Below are positions 26,659 through 37,894 of a DNA stretch of 64,000 nucleotides, piece after piece. Each line of letters opens with the position of its first letter. Within the stretch, counting starts at the first letter, position 1. The notes beneath the pieces are model-generated. The model ran no database searches. It was not told the origin of the DNA and was given only the letters and a program-made list of their open reading frames with translations. This DNA is from Syntrophales bacterium (GTDB lineage Bacteria; Desulfobacterota; Syntrophia; Syntrophales; UBA2210): the NCBI GenBank assembly GCA_963662405.2, contig CAXXKT010000001.1:1312001-1376000 (forward strand). Direction: 5' to 3'. The position numbers and the translations under genes were made by a program.

Positions 26659-28335
26659 ATGGAAACGATAGGTGCTGATATACTGATAAAGACATTACAG
26701 AACGAAGGCGTGGATACGATCTTCGGTTATCCGGGGGCGAATAGCCTGCCGATCCACGACAGGCTGCTGAAGAGCTCGATACGTCACTATCTGGTGCGGC
26801 ACGAGCAGGCGGCCGCTCATGCCGCCGACGGCTACGCGCGGGCGACCGGGAAGGTGGGCGTCTGCCTCGCCACGTCGGGACCGGGGGCCACCAACCTGGT
26901 AACCGGTATCGCGACGGCATATATGGATTCGACCCCCCTCGTCGTCTTGACCGGGCAGGTGACGACCAATCTCCTGGGGAGCGACGCCTTCCAGGAGACG
27001 GACATTGTGGGGATTACGATGCCGATCACGAAGCACAGCTACCTGGTCAGTGACCCGTGCGATATCGCCTCCACGGTGAAGGAGGCCTTTGAGATCGCCC
27101 GGACCGGGAGGCCGGGGCCGGTTCTGGTTGATCTTCCCCGGGACGTGATGGCAGCTTCCTGTGAGTACAGTGAACCAAAGGAATCCCCATCCCGGATAAA
27201 ACCCACTCCCCAGGGGGAACAGGTCAGCGAACCGCTTCGGAAGATCGCCGCCTCCCTGAACCGGGCCGAGCGACCGGTCCTCCTGATCGGCGGCGGTGTA
27301 AAACTCGCCCAGGCCTGTGACAATCTGGCCGGACTCATCGAGAAGGGGAGCCTTCCCTTTGTGTCGACGATGATGGGGATTGGTTCGGTGACCGCCGCGA
27401 ACGGGTACAACCTGGGATTCATCGGGACCCACGGGAACGAACTGGCCAACCGTATCGTGCATGATTCAGACTTTATCCTGACGATCGGGGCCCGCTTCAG
27501 CGACCGCAGCACGTCAATCGTCTCGGAGTTCGCCCCGCTCGCAACGATCGCGCAGATCGATATCGATGCATCCTCCATCGGGAAGGTTATCAAGGCGGAT
27601 CTGTCCCTGGTCTGTGATATCCGTGAGGCCTTGGAAGAACTGCTCCCCCTCGTAGAGGAAAAGGAGCGCACGGAATGGCTGGAGCGGATCAAACGGGAAC
27701 GAGAGGCCCGGAATCAGACCGAGGCGATGGACGAATGCGGAGCGGTGGGACCGTTTATACGGGATGTCCAGGCGGCGATGCCGGAAAAGGCCACCGCGAT
27801 CACGGATGTGGGGCTGAACCAGATATGGGCACTGCGGTCATGGAAGGCGAGGGCACCCCGGAGCGTGATCACGCCGGGCGGGTTGGGGACTATGGGTTTC
27901 AGCCTCCCCGCGGCTATGGGCGTTCAGGTGGGGGTACCGGATCATGCCGTGGTCGTCTTTTCCGGGGACGGTGGTTTCTTCATGAACATACAGGAACTTG
28001 TCACGGTCACGTGCTACCAGATCCCGCTCAAGATCGTGGTCTTCAACAACGGGAACCTCGGTATGATCCGCCAGATACAGGATCTCTTCTATGGGGCCCG
28101 TTTCTGCGATATCGAACTGGGGACCAGCACGGTCGATCTGGTCGCCATTGCCCGAGGATTCGGGATCGAGGCGGACCGGGTTCCGGTCGGTGATGCCGCA
28201 GCCGGGATCGAGAAGATGGCCGTCTCCACGGGTCCGTTCCTGTTGGAGGTCATGGTCGATCCCGACAACTATGTCTACCCGATTATCCCTCCGGGAAAAT
28301 CGAATATCGACATGATCAGCGGACGGCAGGGATGA
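26659..28335 (+). CDS. ilvB: Acetolactate synthase large subunit
   Basis: RHEQAAAHAADGYARATG, TSGPGATN, DAFQE, RPGPV, GDGG...NN ThDP motif. Confidence 0.92.
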   Translation: METIGADILIKTLQNEGVDTIFGYPGANSLPIHDRLLKSSIRHYLVRHEQAAAHAADGYARATGKVGVCLATSGPGATNLVTGIATAYMDSTPLVVLTGQVTTNLLGSDAFQETDIVGITMPITKHSYLVSDPCDIASTVKEAFEIARTGRPGPVLVDLPRDVMAASCEYSEPKESPSRIKPTPQGEQVSEPLRKIAASLNRAERPVLLIGGGVKLAQACDNLAGLIEKGSLPFVSTMMGIGSVTAANGYNLGFIGTHGNELANRIVHDSDFILTIGARFSDRSTSIVSEFAPLATIAQIDIDASSIGKVIKADLSLVCDIREALEELLPLVEEKERTEWLERIKREREARNQTEAMDECGAVGPFIRDVQAAMPEKATAITDVGLNQIWALRSWKARAPRSVITPGGLGTMGFSLPAAMGVQVGVPDHAVVVFSGDGGFFMNIQELVTVTCYQIPLKIVVFNNGNLGMIRQIQDLFYGARFCDIELGTSTVDLVAIARGFGIEADRVPVGDAAAGIEKMAVSTGPFLLEVMVDPDNYVYPIIPPGKSNIDMISGRQG

Positions 28336-28384
28336 GATGCCGGAGCAGAACCGACGATACACGTAATGAAAGGGTAAATACATC

Positions 28385-28873
28385 ATGGGGATACAGGAAC
28401 GGATCATTGAGATATTGGTGAACAACAAACCGGGCGTCTTGGCCCGCGTTGCCGGCGTCTTCGGGCGGCTCGGCTATAATATCGAGAGCCTCTGCGTGGC
28501 GGAGACGATCTCCCCCGAGATCTCGCGGATCACATCGATCACCAACGCGGATTCCGACTTTATAGATAAGGTGAAGAAACAGTTGACACGGCTGGTGGAT
28601 GTGATCGAAGTGACGGAATTGGTTTCCGGACATTCCGCCCAGAGGGAAATGGTCTTGGTCGGGATCAAGATGACTCAAAAAAACCGGCAGGAGGTAGCGC
28701 AGGCCGTTGGCATGTTTGACTGCAAGATCATCTCCATGCGAGATAACTATTGCATCATCCAGGTTGCCGGGAGCCGGGAAGAGGTGGAGACGATCATTAA
28801 TTTCCTGCGGCCCCTCGGTGTCGACAAAATCGGGCGAACGGGGGTTCTTGCCCTCCAGCAGACAAAAAAATAG
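28385..28873 (+). CDS. ilvN: Acetolactate synthase small (regulatory) subunit
   Basis: ACT domain [38 protein letters not shown]. Confidence 0.92.
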   Translation: MGIQERIIEILVNNKPGVLARVAGVFGRLGYNIESLCVAETISPEISRITSITNADSDFIDKVKKQLTRLVDVIEVTELVSGHSAQREMVLVGIKMTQKNRQEVAQAVGMFDCKIISMRDNYCIIQVAGSREEVETIINFLRPLGVDKIGRTGVLALQQTKK

Positions 28874-28991
28874 GCGCGCTTTTAGGATTTGGCGGTCTTG
28901 CTCAGGTTATAGGTTGCCTGTTGATGGTAAAGTGTGGTATCAGGGCAGATTCATAAAATTCAGGATCTATACCACACGCAGGAGACCGATA

Positions 28992-31781
28992 ATGGACTAC
29001 AAGGACACGTTAAATCTACCGAAAACGAGCTTTTCAATGAAGGCAAACCTGGCCCGCAAGGAGCCGGAACAGCTTGAAAAATGGAACGAAATAAATATTT
29101 ACGAGAAAATACGAAAAGCGGCGAAGGGACGCGATCGCTACATCCTTCATGACGGTCCTCCCTACGCAAACGGGGATATCCACCTCGGAACCGCCCTCAA
29201 TAAAATCATCAAGGACATCGTCATCAAGGCGAAGAGCATGACCGGTTTTGACTGTGTCTATGTGCCCGGATGGGACTGCCACGGTCTCCCCATCGAGCAT
29301 CAGGTCGATCAGGAACTGGGAGACAAACAGTACACCATGCCCCAGGCGGAGAAAAGGCGTCTCTGCCGGACCTATGCCAACAGGTATCTCGACATTCAAC
29401 GGGAACAGTTCAAACGATTCGGTGTCTTCGGCGAGTGGGATAACCCGTACGTGACGATGGATTACGACTATGAGGCCACCACGGTGGAGGAATTCGGAAA
29501 ACTCCTCCTGAGCGGCGACGTCTACAAGGGGAAAAAACCGGTTTACTGGTGCGCCTCCTGCAAGACGGCCCTTGCCGAGGCGGAGGTGGAATACGCCGAC
29601 CATACCACCCCCTCCATCTATGTGAAGTTCCCGATGGTCTCCGATATATCATCCGTCCTTCCCGCCGTGGCCGGTGAGCAGGTCAGCGTCGTTATCTGGA
29701 CGACCACCCCGTGGACGATCCCCGCCAACCTCGCCATTGCCCTCCACGAGGACTTCGATTATGTGGCGGTCAAGATCAATGGTGAGGTGTTGATCTTTGC
29801 AGAGGAGCTGTTGGATTACTGCCTGGATGCCTTCGGCTTCCGAGGGAAAGAATACGAGATTCTCGCGACATTCAAAGGGGCGGTCATGGAGGGCCTGAGG
29901 TGTCGGCACCCATTCATCGATCGGGAGAGTGTCCTGATTCTCGCCCCCTTCGTCACCCTTGATGCCGGGACGGGATGTGTTCACATCGCCCCCGGACACG
30001 GCCAGGAGGATTATGAGATCGGTCTCAAGTATGGCCTGGATGTCTATGCCCCGGTGGATGACGACGGGAACTTTACCCCCGATGTGGATTTCTTTGCCGG
30101 CGGCTTCGTCTTCGACATGAACGAGGCGGTCAACGAAAAACTGGAGGAAGTTGGAGCTCTTCTGGGACAGATGGACATTGAACACCAGTACCCGCACTGC
30201 TGGCGATGCAAGAATCCCATCATCTTCCGCTCCACGGAGCAGTGGTTCATCTCGATGGAGAACAACGACCTGCGCAAAAAGGCCCTTGCGGCCATCGACA
30301 GTGTCACGTGGGTCCCTTCATGGGGACGCGATCGGATCTACGGAATGATCGAGAACCGGCCCGACTGGTGCATATCGCGGCAACGCTCGTGGGGGGTCCC
30401 CATCACGGTCTTTTACTGTAAGGAGTGCGGTGCCCATCTGGCAACCAAGGAGATCCTTGATCGTGTCGTCGCCCTGGTGCGGGAGCATGGGGCCGATATC
30501 TGGTTCGAAAAGGATGCAAAGGAGTTTCTCCCCGACGGGACGGTCTGCCCTGACTGCGGCGGGAAGGAGTTCAAAAAGGAGACCAACATACTTGATGTCT
30601 GGTTCGATTCCGGGGTCAGTCATGCGGCGGTCCTCGAGAAACGGGATGATCTCGGTTCTCCCTGTGACATGTACCTGGAGGGGAGCGACCAGCACCGTGG
30701 GTGGTTTCACTCCTCCCTCCTGGAGTCCGTCGGGACCCGGGGAAGGGCGCCATACAAGAATGTTCTCACCCACGGTTTCGTTGTCGACGGCGAGGGGAAG
30801 AAGATGTCCAAATCGCTGGGCAACTTCGTCGATCCTCAGAAAATGGTCGATCAGTACGGGGCGGAAATCCTGCGCCTGTGGGTTGCCGCCGAGGACTACA
30901 CCCTCGATATCCGGATATCCGAGGAGATCATGAAACGCCTTGTCGAGGCGTACCGGCGGATCCGCAATACGAGTCGGTACATCCTGGGGAACCTGTACGA
31001 CTTTGACTGTGAAAAAGACCTGGTCCCTGTGGAGAATATGGAGGAGATGGATCGGTGGATACTCCACCGTCTCCAGGAGATCATCCGCCGGGTGCGGAGC
31101 GCCTATGAGAAGTATCAGTTTCACGCCGTCTACTATACGTTGTACAATTTCTGCAGTGTCGATCTGAGTTCCTTCTACCTCGATGTCCTGAAAGACCGGC
31201 TCTACACCTCGAAGGCCGCCTCACACGAGCGGCGGTCAGCCCAGAGCGCGATGTACCGTGTCCTTGATGCCATGGTGAAGCTTCTTTCCCCGGTCCTGGT
31301 TTTTACGGCCGAAGAGATCTGGGGGCACATGCCCGCCCATGAAGGGAAGACAGAGAGCGTGCACATGACACGGTTCCCCGATGTGGACCCGCGCTGCCAT
31401 GATGAAGAACTCGGGAGAAAGTGGGAGACGCTGATCGCCGTGCGGGGAGAGGTATCAAAGGCGATCGAGATAGCACGGCAAAAAAAGGTGGTGGGACATT
31501 CTCTCGACAGCTGCGTATCCATCTGTGTTCCGGAGAAGCTCCAGACACTGCTCACGGAATACCGCGACATGATGTGTGACCTCATGATCGTATCTCAGGT
31601 GGACTTGGTAACAGCCGATGCGATCGCCGATCCGTATGAAAGCACGGAATTTGACGGCCTGAAGATCGGTGTTGCAAAAGCGCGGGGTGTCAAGTGTGAG
31701 CGGTGCTGGAACTACAGTGAGACGGTGGGGGAGGTTGCCGATCATCCCACCATCTGTACACGGTGCGCGCAGAACCTGTAA
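28992..31781 (+). CDS. ileS: Isoleucine--tRNA ligase (type 1)
   Basis: [12 protein letters not shown] start, [23 protein letters not shown]-terminal Zn finger CERC...CTRC. Confidence 0.97.
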   Translation: MDYKDTLNLPKTSFSMKANLARKEPEQLEKWNEINIYEKIRKAAKGRDRYILHDGPPYANGDIHLGTALNKIIKDIVIKAKSMTGFDCVYVPGWDCHGLPIEHQVDQELGDKQYTMPQAEKRRLCRTYANRYLDIQREQFKRFGVFGEWDNPYVTMDYDYEATTVEEFGKLLLSGDVYKGKKPVYWCASCKTALAEAEVEYADHTTPSIYVKFPMVSDISSVLPAVAGEQVSVVIWTTTPWTIPANLAIALHEDFDYVAVKINGEVLIFAEELLDYCLDAFGFRGKEYEILATFKGAVMEGLRCRHPFIDRESVLILAPFVTLDAGTGCVHIAPGHGQEDYEIGLKYGLDVYAPVDDDGNFTPDVDFFAGGFVFDMNEAVNEKLEEVGALLGQMDIEHQYPHCWRCKNPIIFRSTEQWFISMENNDLRKKALAAIDSVTWVPSWGRDRIYGMIENRPDWCISRQRSWGVPITVFYCKECGAHLATKEILDRVVALVREHGADIWFEKDAKEFLPDGTVCPDCGGKEFKKETNILDVWFDSGVSHAAVLEKRDDLGSPCDMYLEGSDQHRGWFHSSLLESVGTRGRAPYKNVLTHGFVVDGEGKKMSKSLGNFVDPQKMVDQYGAEILRLWVAAEDYTLDIRISEEIMKRLVEAYRRIRNTSRYILGNLYDFDCEKDLVPVENMEEMDRWILHRLQEIIRRVRSAYEKYQFHAVYYTLYNFCSVDLSSFYLDVLKDRLYTSKAASHERRSAQSAMYRVLDAMVKLLSPVLVFTAEEIWGHMPAHEGKTESVHMTRFPDVDPRCHDEELGRKWETLIAVRGEVSKAIEIARQKKVVGHSLDSCVSICVPEKLQTLLTEYRDMMCDLMIVSQVDLVTADAIADPYESTEFDGLKIGVAKARGVKCERCWNYSETVGEVADHPTICTRCAQNL

Positions 31782-31792
31782 GGACGGTGTCG

Positions 31793-32296
31793 GTGCGAAG
31801 GAACTATATCCTTTTCCTCATCCCTATGGCGTTGATTGTGGGGCTGGACCAACTCACCAAGTGGTATGTCAGCTCGGTGATGCCTCTCCATGCCTCCTAT
31901 CCGGTCGTCGATGGATTTTTCAGCATCACCTATGTGCGTAATCCCGGAGCCGCCTTCGGGTTTCTGGCGAATGCCGTCCCCCTCTTCCGGTCGACCTTTC
32001 TGATCGCCGTTTCGACCGCCGCCATTGTGATGATCCTGTACTATCTCTCACGGAACCGGACCACCGGAACGATGCTTATCTGCGCCCTTTCACTGATAGT
32101 CGGCGGTGCGGCGGGAAATCTCATCGACCGGGTCATGCTCGGAAGTGTAATAGATTTTTTTGACCTTTACGCCGGTTCCTGGCACTGGCCCGCCTTCAAC
32201 GTGGCTGATTCCGCCATATCGGTGGGTGCCGCCCTGCTCGTTATTGAACTATTCAGGAAGAAGCGGGCGGAGGAGATTATCTCCGCCGGAGAATAA
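31793..32296 (+). CDS. lspA: Lipoprotein signal peptidase (signal peptidase II)
   Basis: DQLTK, NPGAAFG, GNLIDR, WPAFNVAD; conserved ileS-lspA order; start approximate. Confidence 0.95.
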   Translation: MRRNYILFLIPMALIVGLDQLTKWYVSSVMPLHASYPVVDGFFSITYVRNPGAAFGFLANAVPLFRSTFLIAVSTAAIVMILYYLSRNRTTGTMLICALSLIVGGAAGNLIDRVMLGSVIDFFDLYAGSWHWPAFNVADSAISVGAALLVIELFRKKRAEEIISAGE

Positions 32297-32738
32297 CGAT
32301 CTTCAGGTACTTTTCCCCCCACTCAAGGGCATCATCGCGATCGGAGAAGAAGATATCGATGTGATCCCCCACGATGGCGCTTCCCGTATCGTGGACTTCT
32401 CCCCATCCGTACCCCGGGACATACATCTTGGTGCCGAAGGGATACCGCCGGATGTCCGCTGCGATTGTCCCATGCTTCGCTTTTGTCCCGTCGGCCGTGA
32501 TGCCGACCCTTTTGGGTTTTCCCTCGAGCGGTCCATAGGCGTAGACCGGAGGACCGATGCACCAGTACTTTCGTTTCCATCCGCATGATTCCGGCCCGGC
32601 ATCGTAGGCGGTGACGAGCATGGTGCGTGTTACCTTATCGAATTCTTTACCCTTGGGGAAGAGACAGCATCCCTGGAGGAAGAACCCGATGATAACAGGG
32701 ATCAGCCACAGCAAGAGCTGTCTGCGTATGCCGGTCAT
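32277..32738 (-). CDS. 3D-domain (MltA-like) lipoprotein
   Basis: Lipobox-like LQGC; VTAY, TADG, IAAD..YPFGT, DTGSAI, HIDIFF motifs. Confidence 0.85.
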   Translation of the reverse strand: MTGIRRQLLLWLIPVIIGFFLQGCCLFPKGKEFDKVTRTMLVTAYDAGPESCGWKRKYWCIGPPVYAYGPLEGKPKRVGITADGTKAKHGTIAADIRRYPFGTKMYVPGYGWGEVHDTGSAIVGDHIDIFFSDRDDALEWGEKYLKIVILRRR

Positions 32739-32855
32739 ATGATGCCTCACATATGAAAGTTTGATGCCGTGAACCTGTCCGTCCCTTATCACACCGGATG
32801 CGGATCTTTCAAGAGACCGTGCAACTGCATGCCGAGGAAACGGGGTCGGCGGTTC

Positions 32856-34157
32856 CTAGCCCATCAATCCCGGAAGGAAGAGGGCAATCTGGGGGAAGGG
32901 AATCAGAAGGAGCGTTCCGATGATCAGTGCCGCCAGGAAGGGGAGTGCCCCCTTGAAGATGACATCAAGCGGGACGTCCCTGGCCACGCCACTGACGACA
33001 TAGACATTGATCCCCACGGGGGGGGTGATCACGCCGATCTGGGTCACGAGGACTATAATGACACCGAACCATATGGGGTCGTATCCCAGGTGCAGGATCA
33101 CCGGGTAGAAGATGGGGATGGTCAGCATAATCAATGCCAGGGAATCGATGATGCACCCGCCGACCAGGTAGACGGCGATGATGATCAGCATGATGCTCCA
33201 TCGCGGCAGCTCCATCTCAGATACCCCTTGGGCGATATCGAAGGGGATCCGGGTAACGGCCAGGAAGTGACCGAAGATCGTGGCTCCGGCAACGATGATG
33301 AGGATCATGCAGGATATGCGTGTCGTCTCGAAGAGGGCGGCAAGGAATCCTTGCAGGGTGAGGTTACGACCCGCAAGGGCCAAGATAAGCGTGCCGCAGG
33401 CTCCGATGGCACCAGCCTCAGTCGGGGTGAAGATCCCCAGAAACAGTCCCCCCATAATCACGATAAAGAGGATGAGGGTCTCAACCAGACCCGAGAGGGA
33501 TTCCCATTTCTCTCTGAGGGAGAATCGCGGTCCCTTCGGCCCGAGTTCCGGCCGCAAGTGTGCCCATGTGACGATGGCGAGGACGAAGAGGAGTGTGAGG
33601 AGCAAACCGGGCACGAGACCGGCCATGAAAAGACTCCCGATGGACTGTTCCGTCGAGATCCCGTAGACCATAAAGATGACGCTGGGAGGGATCAGGATGC
33701 CGAGGCTTCCCCCCGCGGCGACGACACCCGTGGCGAGAGCCGGTTTGTAGTTGTATCGCTTCATCTCCGGAAGGGTTGCCGCCCCCATGGTTGCAGCCGT
33801 CGCGTTGGTTGAACCGCAGATGGCGGCGAAGGCGGCACATGCTCCGACCGTCGCAATGGCAAGCCCTCCCGGCCAATGCCCGATGAATTTGTAGGCTGCG
33901 TTAAAGAGACGAGAACTGATCCCGGAGTGATAGGCAAGTTGTCCCATCAGGACAAAGAGCGGGATCACGGTCAGGCTGTACGATCCGAAGACGGAAAAGA
34001 GGTCTTTTGCAACTAAACTCATGGATGCGTCGAATGTGACGGTGTATCCGAAACCGACAAATCCCACCGCGGCCATGACGAAGCCGACGGGCATCCGCAG
34101 AAACATCAGGATGAAAAGAAAGGCAATCCCTGTAAGTCCGATTACGGTGGGGTTCAC
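32856..34157 (-). CDS. dctM: TRAP transporter large permease (DctM)
   Basis: IPLFVLMG, GGSLGILIPPS, FTPTEAGA, ITPPVG; GTG start overlapping the dctQ stop. Confidence 0.92.
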   Translation of the reverse strand: MNPTVIGLTGIAFLFILMFLRMPVGFVMAAVGFVGFGYTVTFDASMSLVAKDLFSVFGSYSLTVIPLFVLMGQLAYHSGISSRLFNAAYKFIGHWPGGLAIATVGACAAFAAICGSTNATAATMGAATLPEMKRYNYKPALATGVVAAGGSLGILIPPSVIFMVYGISTEQSIGSLFMAGLVPGLLLTLLFVLAIVTWAHLRPELGPKGPRFSLREKWESLSGLVETLILFIVIMGGLFLGIFTPTEAGAIGACGTLILALAGRNLTLQGFLAALFETTRISCMILIIVAGATIFGHFLAVTRIPFDIAQGVSEMELPRWSIMLIIIAVYLVGGCIIDSLALIMLTIPIFYPVILHLGYDPIWFGVIIVLVTQIGVITPPVGINVYVVSGVARDVPLDVIFKGALPFLAALIIGTLLLIPFPQIALFLPGLMG

Positions 34158-34636
34158 TGGGTAATCCCCTTGATTTTCCTGTAGCAGCGTGTTGCAAGGA
34201 CGAATGTTGCAAGACAGCAACCGATCGCGATGCCGAAAACGAAGGGATAGACAGGAACTTCAACGGTGAGCGATACCTCGCCGGTGCGCCTCAAATTCAG
34301 GGCATATACCACACTCTGCCACGTAATGATTCCAAACAACAAGATGCTTATCAGATCAACGGCCGTCGCAATGACCGCCTGTACCTTCTCCGGCATCTTC
34401 CGGACCAGGAACTCAACTGCGATATGTCCCTGCTGCGCCGTGGTGTATGCCAAGGCAAAGGCGACACCGACCGTTCCCATCAATCCCACGATCTCATAAG
34501 TTCCGGGGATCGGGTGGCGGAAAAACCGCAAGACCACATCGGCGCAGGTGAGGAGCATCATCACTAGAATGCTCACCCCTGCCACCCAGTTGAAGGCGGT
34601 GCTGAGATTGTCGATCTGTTTCTCCAGGCGGATCAT
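34154..34636 (-). CDS. dctQ: TRAP transporter small permease (DctQ)
   Basis: 4 TM; DVVLR..PIPGTYEI, GHIAVE. Confidence 0.9.
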   Translation of the reverse strand: MIRLEKQIDNLSTAFNWVAGVSILVMMLLTCADVVLRFFRHPIPGTYEIVGLMGTVGVAFALAYTTAQQGHIAVEFLVRKMPEKVQAVIATAVDLISILLFGIITWQSVVYALNLRRTGEVSLTVEVPVYPFVFGIAIGCCLATFVLATRCYRKIKGITQ

Positions 34637-34704
34637 ATCGTTTCACATGCGGGGGGCGGGGCACCAACCTGTGTTGCGTCCCCCGTCCCCCGCTTCCTGA
34701 CTGC

Positions 34705-35724
34705 TCACTTGCTGTAGGTGCCGATCAGTTCTTTTACCACCGAGACGGCTTTTTGTCCCGGGAGACCTTTTCCTTCGGCGGTACGGATATAGTCGTTGAT
34801 TATCGGCTGTACCGCTTGCGTCCATCTCTTGCTTTCTTCCGCGGAGAGGGGGATGATCTCGTTCCCTTCGCTGAGGGTGTACGAACGCCCATCTTCATCG
34901 CTCTTGTCCCAGGCATTTCCATGGACGGTGACCCACTCCCCACTCACCTCCTCTATCACCTTTTGGAGGTCTTTGGGAAGTGATTTCCACTTGTCGGTAT
35001 TCATCACCACAAACATGGCCGTGGTATACCCGATGCCGGTGCACTGGGTGGTATAGTCGATCACCTCTGCCTGTTTCCAGCCCTTGAGGGTTTCGATCGG
35101 TGTGAAGGTCCCCTCGACCACTCCCTTCTGCAGGGCTTCATAGGTGCCTCCCTGAGGCATGGCGACGGGAACCCCGCCGAGGACCTCGACGACTTGAGCA
35201 CTCAGACCCGTCGAACGGATCTTCATCCCTTTGATGTCTTCCAGGACCCTGACCGGTTTTTGGGTGCTGAGAAGACCGGGGCCATGGGCATGGACATACA
35301 GGACTTTGACGTCTTGCAGTTCCTTCGGTACCATGGTTTTGGCAAACTCATTGGCAACAAGGGTTGCGACGAGTCCGCTGGGATATCCGTGGGGAAGATC
35401 GACGGCCGCCATAACCGGGAATCGCCCCCTCGTGTAAGCGAAACAGGACATCCCGATATCCGATATCCCCTGTACCACCCCGTCATAACACTGGTTCGCC
35501 TTTGTCAATGTCCCTCCGGGGAAGGTGGTGATCTTGATTCGGCCATCGGAGCGCTTTTCTACCTCCTGCGCCCAGGATACGGCCGCTTGGCACTGACTGT
35601 GGGTCGGTGGAAAAAAAATGCTGTAGGTCAGCGTGGTCTTTGCTTGTCCCTGCATGGTTGTTGCCAGCAAGAATGCCGCTGTGCCCATCATAATCATAAC
35701 ACTCATTAACATATTCTTTTTCAT
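34705..35724 (-). CDS. dctP: TRAP transporter substrate-binding protein (DctP)
   Basis: Signal peptide; [25 protein letters not shown]. Confidence 0.9.
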   Translation of the reverse strand: MKKNMLMSVMIMMGTAAFLLATTMQGQAKTTLTYSIFFPPTHSQCQAAVSWAQEVEKRSDGRIKITTFPGGTLTKANQCYDGVVQGISDIGMSCFAYTRGRFPVMAAVDLPHGYPSGLVATLVANEFAKTMVPKELQDVKVLYVHAHGPGLLSTQKPVRVLEDIKGMKIRSTGLSAQVVEVLGGVPVAMPQGGTYEALQKGVVEGTFTPIETLKGWKQAEVIDYTTQCTGIGYTTAMFVVMNTDKWKSLPKDLQKVIEEVSGEWVTVHGNAWDKSDEDGRSYTLSEGNEIIPLSAEESKRWTQAVQPIINDYIRTAEGKGLPGQKAVSVVKELIGTYSK

Positions 35725-36102
35725 GCTTTTCCCCCTTTGGCTCAGTGTGTTCATATACCGACCTTCCGCGCTATCCCTGTAGGGATGTGCGAGGTCCGCC
35801 TTCAAGTTTATATAACGTAATTACAACGGAAACTACTTCGATGTGGTGGCCTGCTTTCCTGCCCGATCGGGTCAAGAAGCAGGCATCAATACATGTAGGT
35901 CTTACCCGTAGACTGCAAAATTGCTGGCAGGAAAAATAAGACGTTCATACCGTATCCCTGATTATAATATCACCCTGACCCATACCTGATTTGGTACGGC
36001 CTGTCAAATACTCTCTGTGCATTCCAAACAACCCGCCACGCGCGGAAGGGCTCCGTACGCGGCACCCTTCCACGGGGCATTATCCCTATATAACGAAATA
36101 TA

Positions 36103-36414
36103 TCACTTTTTCGCTTTATTTGCGGTCTTGACTTTTTCCAGTTCAGCCTTATACTTCTCGGCTTCAGCCTGGGCTTTTTTCAGGTCTTCCTTTGCGGCAT
36201 CCAGCTCCGCCGTATTCGGGGCGACCGGTTCGGCCTCCTTGGCGGTCATCTGGTCTTTCATCTCATCGAAACCAACATATATTGCAAGGGCGCCTCCGAG
36301 GAGCAGGATGACCGGGATACCACCCTGGAGAATCTCAAGAAAGGGACCCCACCAGATGACCAGTCCGATAAGTCCCAAAACAGCCGCTATTACACCGCCT
36401 ACCAATACTTTCAT
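36103..36414 (-). CDS. Small conserved hypothetical membrane protein with coiled-coil tail
   Basis: AGGAGG RBS; two TM segments then Lys/Glu/Ala-rich helix. Confidence 0.7.
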   Translation of the reverse strand: MKVLVGGVIAAVLGLIGLVIWWGPFLEILQGGIPVILLLGGALAIYVGFDEMKDQMTAKEAEPVAPNTAELDAAKEDLKKAQAEAEKYKAELEKVKTANKAKK

Positions 36415-36630
36415 AATCCCCAATCCTCCTTACTCAGTAATAGTCTCTCGTGGTCATTGCGGCAACAGTGCCAAACGAAACAGAGCTAACATAAAAAAGA
36501 GCTGCGGGCAAGATCAAAATAGAGAAAAAGGACTTGCCTAAAAAGAAATATTGCATTATCTTCATAAACTTTCAAATGACTTATTGGGATACTCTTCCCC
36601 TGAAGGGGGGGGGGTGGGAAAGGATGCGGT

Positions 36631-37008
36631 ATGGTTGATCTGGATTTCAAAAAGGGAGACGGGCTCGTCCCTGTTATAGCGCAGGATTGGAGAACGGGGG
36701 AGGTGTTGATGCTGGCCTATATGAACCGGGAGGCCTGGGAAAAGACGATTGAGACGGAGAGGGCGACGTACTGGAGCAGATCGCGTCAGTCTCTCTGGAT
36801 CAAGGGTGAGACATCCGGAAATGTGCAAACGGTCAAGGAAATCTTTGTGGACTGCGATCTGGATACCGTGGTGCTTAAGGTGGATCAGGGAGGCGGTGCC
36901 GCCTGCCATATGGGTTACCGGTCCTGCTTCTACCGGAAGGTGTCCGACGGGGAGATGGCGATTGTCGGTGAGAGGGTATTCGATCCGGAGGATGTATATA
37001 CGAAATGA
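36631..37008 (+). CDS. hisI: Phosphoribosyl-AMP cyclohydrolase
   Basis: [35 protein letters not shown]. Confidence 0.95.
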   Translation: MVDLDFKKGDGLVPVIAQDWRTGEVLMLAYMNREAWEKTIETERATYWSRSRQSLWIKGETSGNVQTVKEIFVDCDLDTVVLKVDQGGGAACHMGYRSCFYRKVSDGEMAIVGERVFDPEDVYTK

Positions 37009-37877
37009 AGAAATTAAAACTGGGTATACCCAAGGGGAGCCTCGAATCCAATACGATAGAATTGTTCAAGAGGGCGGGGTGGCGTATCTCATATGATGCC
37101 AGAAGCTATTTCCCATCGATTGACGATGAGGACATCTCCTGCGCCCTTGTGCGGGCGCAAGAGATGTCCCGCTACGTTGATGACGCAACCATCGATCTCG
37201 GCCTGACGGGAAGAGACTGGATCCTGGAAAACGAATCCGACGTGGTGGTCGTTCAAGACCTCATCTACTCAAAGGCATCCACGCGTCAGGCCCGCTGGGT
37301 CCTCGTGGTGCGGGAAGATTCTCCCATTACATCGCTGGAAGATGTGGCCGGCAAGAGGATCTCCACGGAACTGGTGAGCTTCACCCGCAGATACCTCCAA
37401 GAGCGGGGGATAGAGGCGCACCTGGAATTTTCCTGGGGTGCCACGGAGGCGAAGGTTGTCGAAGGCCTAGTGGACGCGATCGTCGAGGTGACGGAGACGG
37501 GAAGTACGCTCAAGGCCAATAAGTTGAAGATCGTCCATGAACTCCTGAAAACGAACACCCAGCTGATCGCCAACAAGGTGGCATGGGAAGACCCGTGGAA
37601 ACGCAGGAAGATAGAGCAGATCAGCACCCTTCTCTCCGGCTCCCTCATGGCGATGGGAAAGGTCGGCCTCAAGATGAATGTCGGCCGGGAGAACCTGGGA
37701 CGAGTAGTGCTTCTCCTCCCCTCGTTGAAGGCCCCGACCACGTCCGGGCTTGCCGACGAGAACTGGTTCGCCGTCGAGGCGGTGGTCGATCGTGATATCG
37801 TACGAGATCTGATCCCGCTCCTCCGCGAGGCGGGGGCCGAAGGGATCATCGAATATCCGCTCAACAAGGTGTTGTAA
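37005..37877 (+). CDS. hisG: ATP phosphoribosyltransferase (long form)
   Basis: [28 protein letters not shown]-terminal regulatory domain. Confidence 0.95.
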   Translation: MKKLKLGIPKGSLESNTIELFKRAGWRISYDARSYFPSIDDEDISCALVRAQEMSRYVDDATIDLGLTGRDWILENESDVVVVQDLIYSKASTRQARWVLVVREDSPITSLEDVAGKRISTELVSFTRRYLQERGIEAHLEFSWGATEAKVVEGLVDAIVEVTETGSTLKANKLKIVHELLKTNTQLIANKVAWEDPWKRRKIEQISTLLSGSLMAMGKVGLKMNVGRENLGRVVLLLPSLKAPTTSGLADENWFAVEAVVDRDIVRDLIPLLREAGAEGIIEYPLNKVL

Positions 37878-37894
37878 AAAGGAGAGCCGAGGAG

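Noticed and set aside
28707..28991. Long N-terminal ORF extensions (ileS; also rbr 13614-13817, TPR 24618-24803, hit 39691-40017)
   Set aside because: Longest-ORF artefacts; RBS, promoter position and family N-termini support the downstream starts.
29180..29200. IleRS HIGH motif reads HLGT
   Set aside because: From recall, HxGT variants occur in IleRS of related anaerobes; no evidence of altered function.
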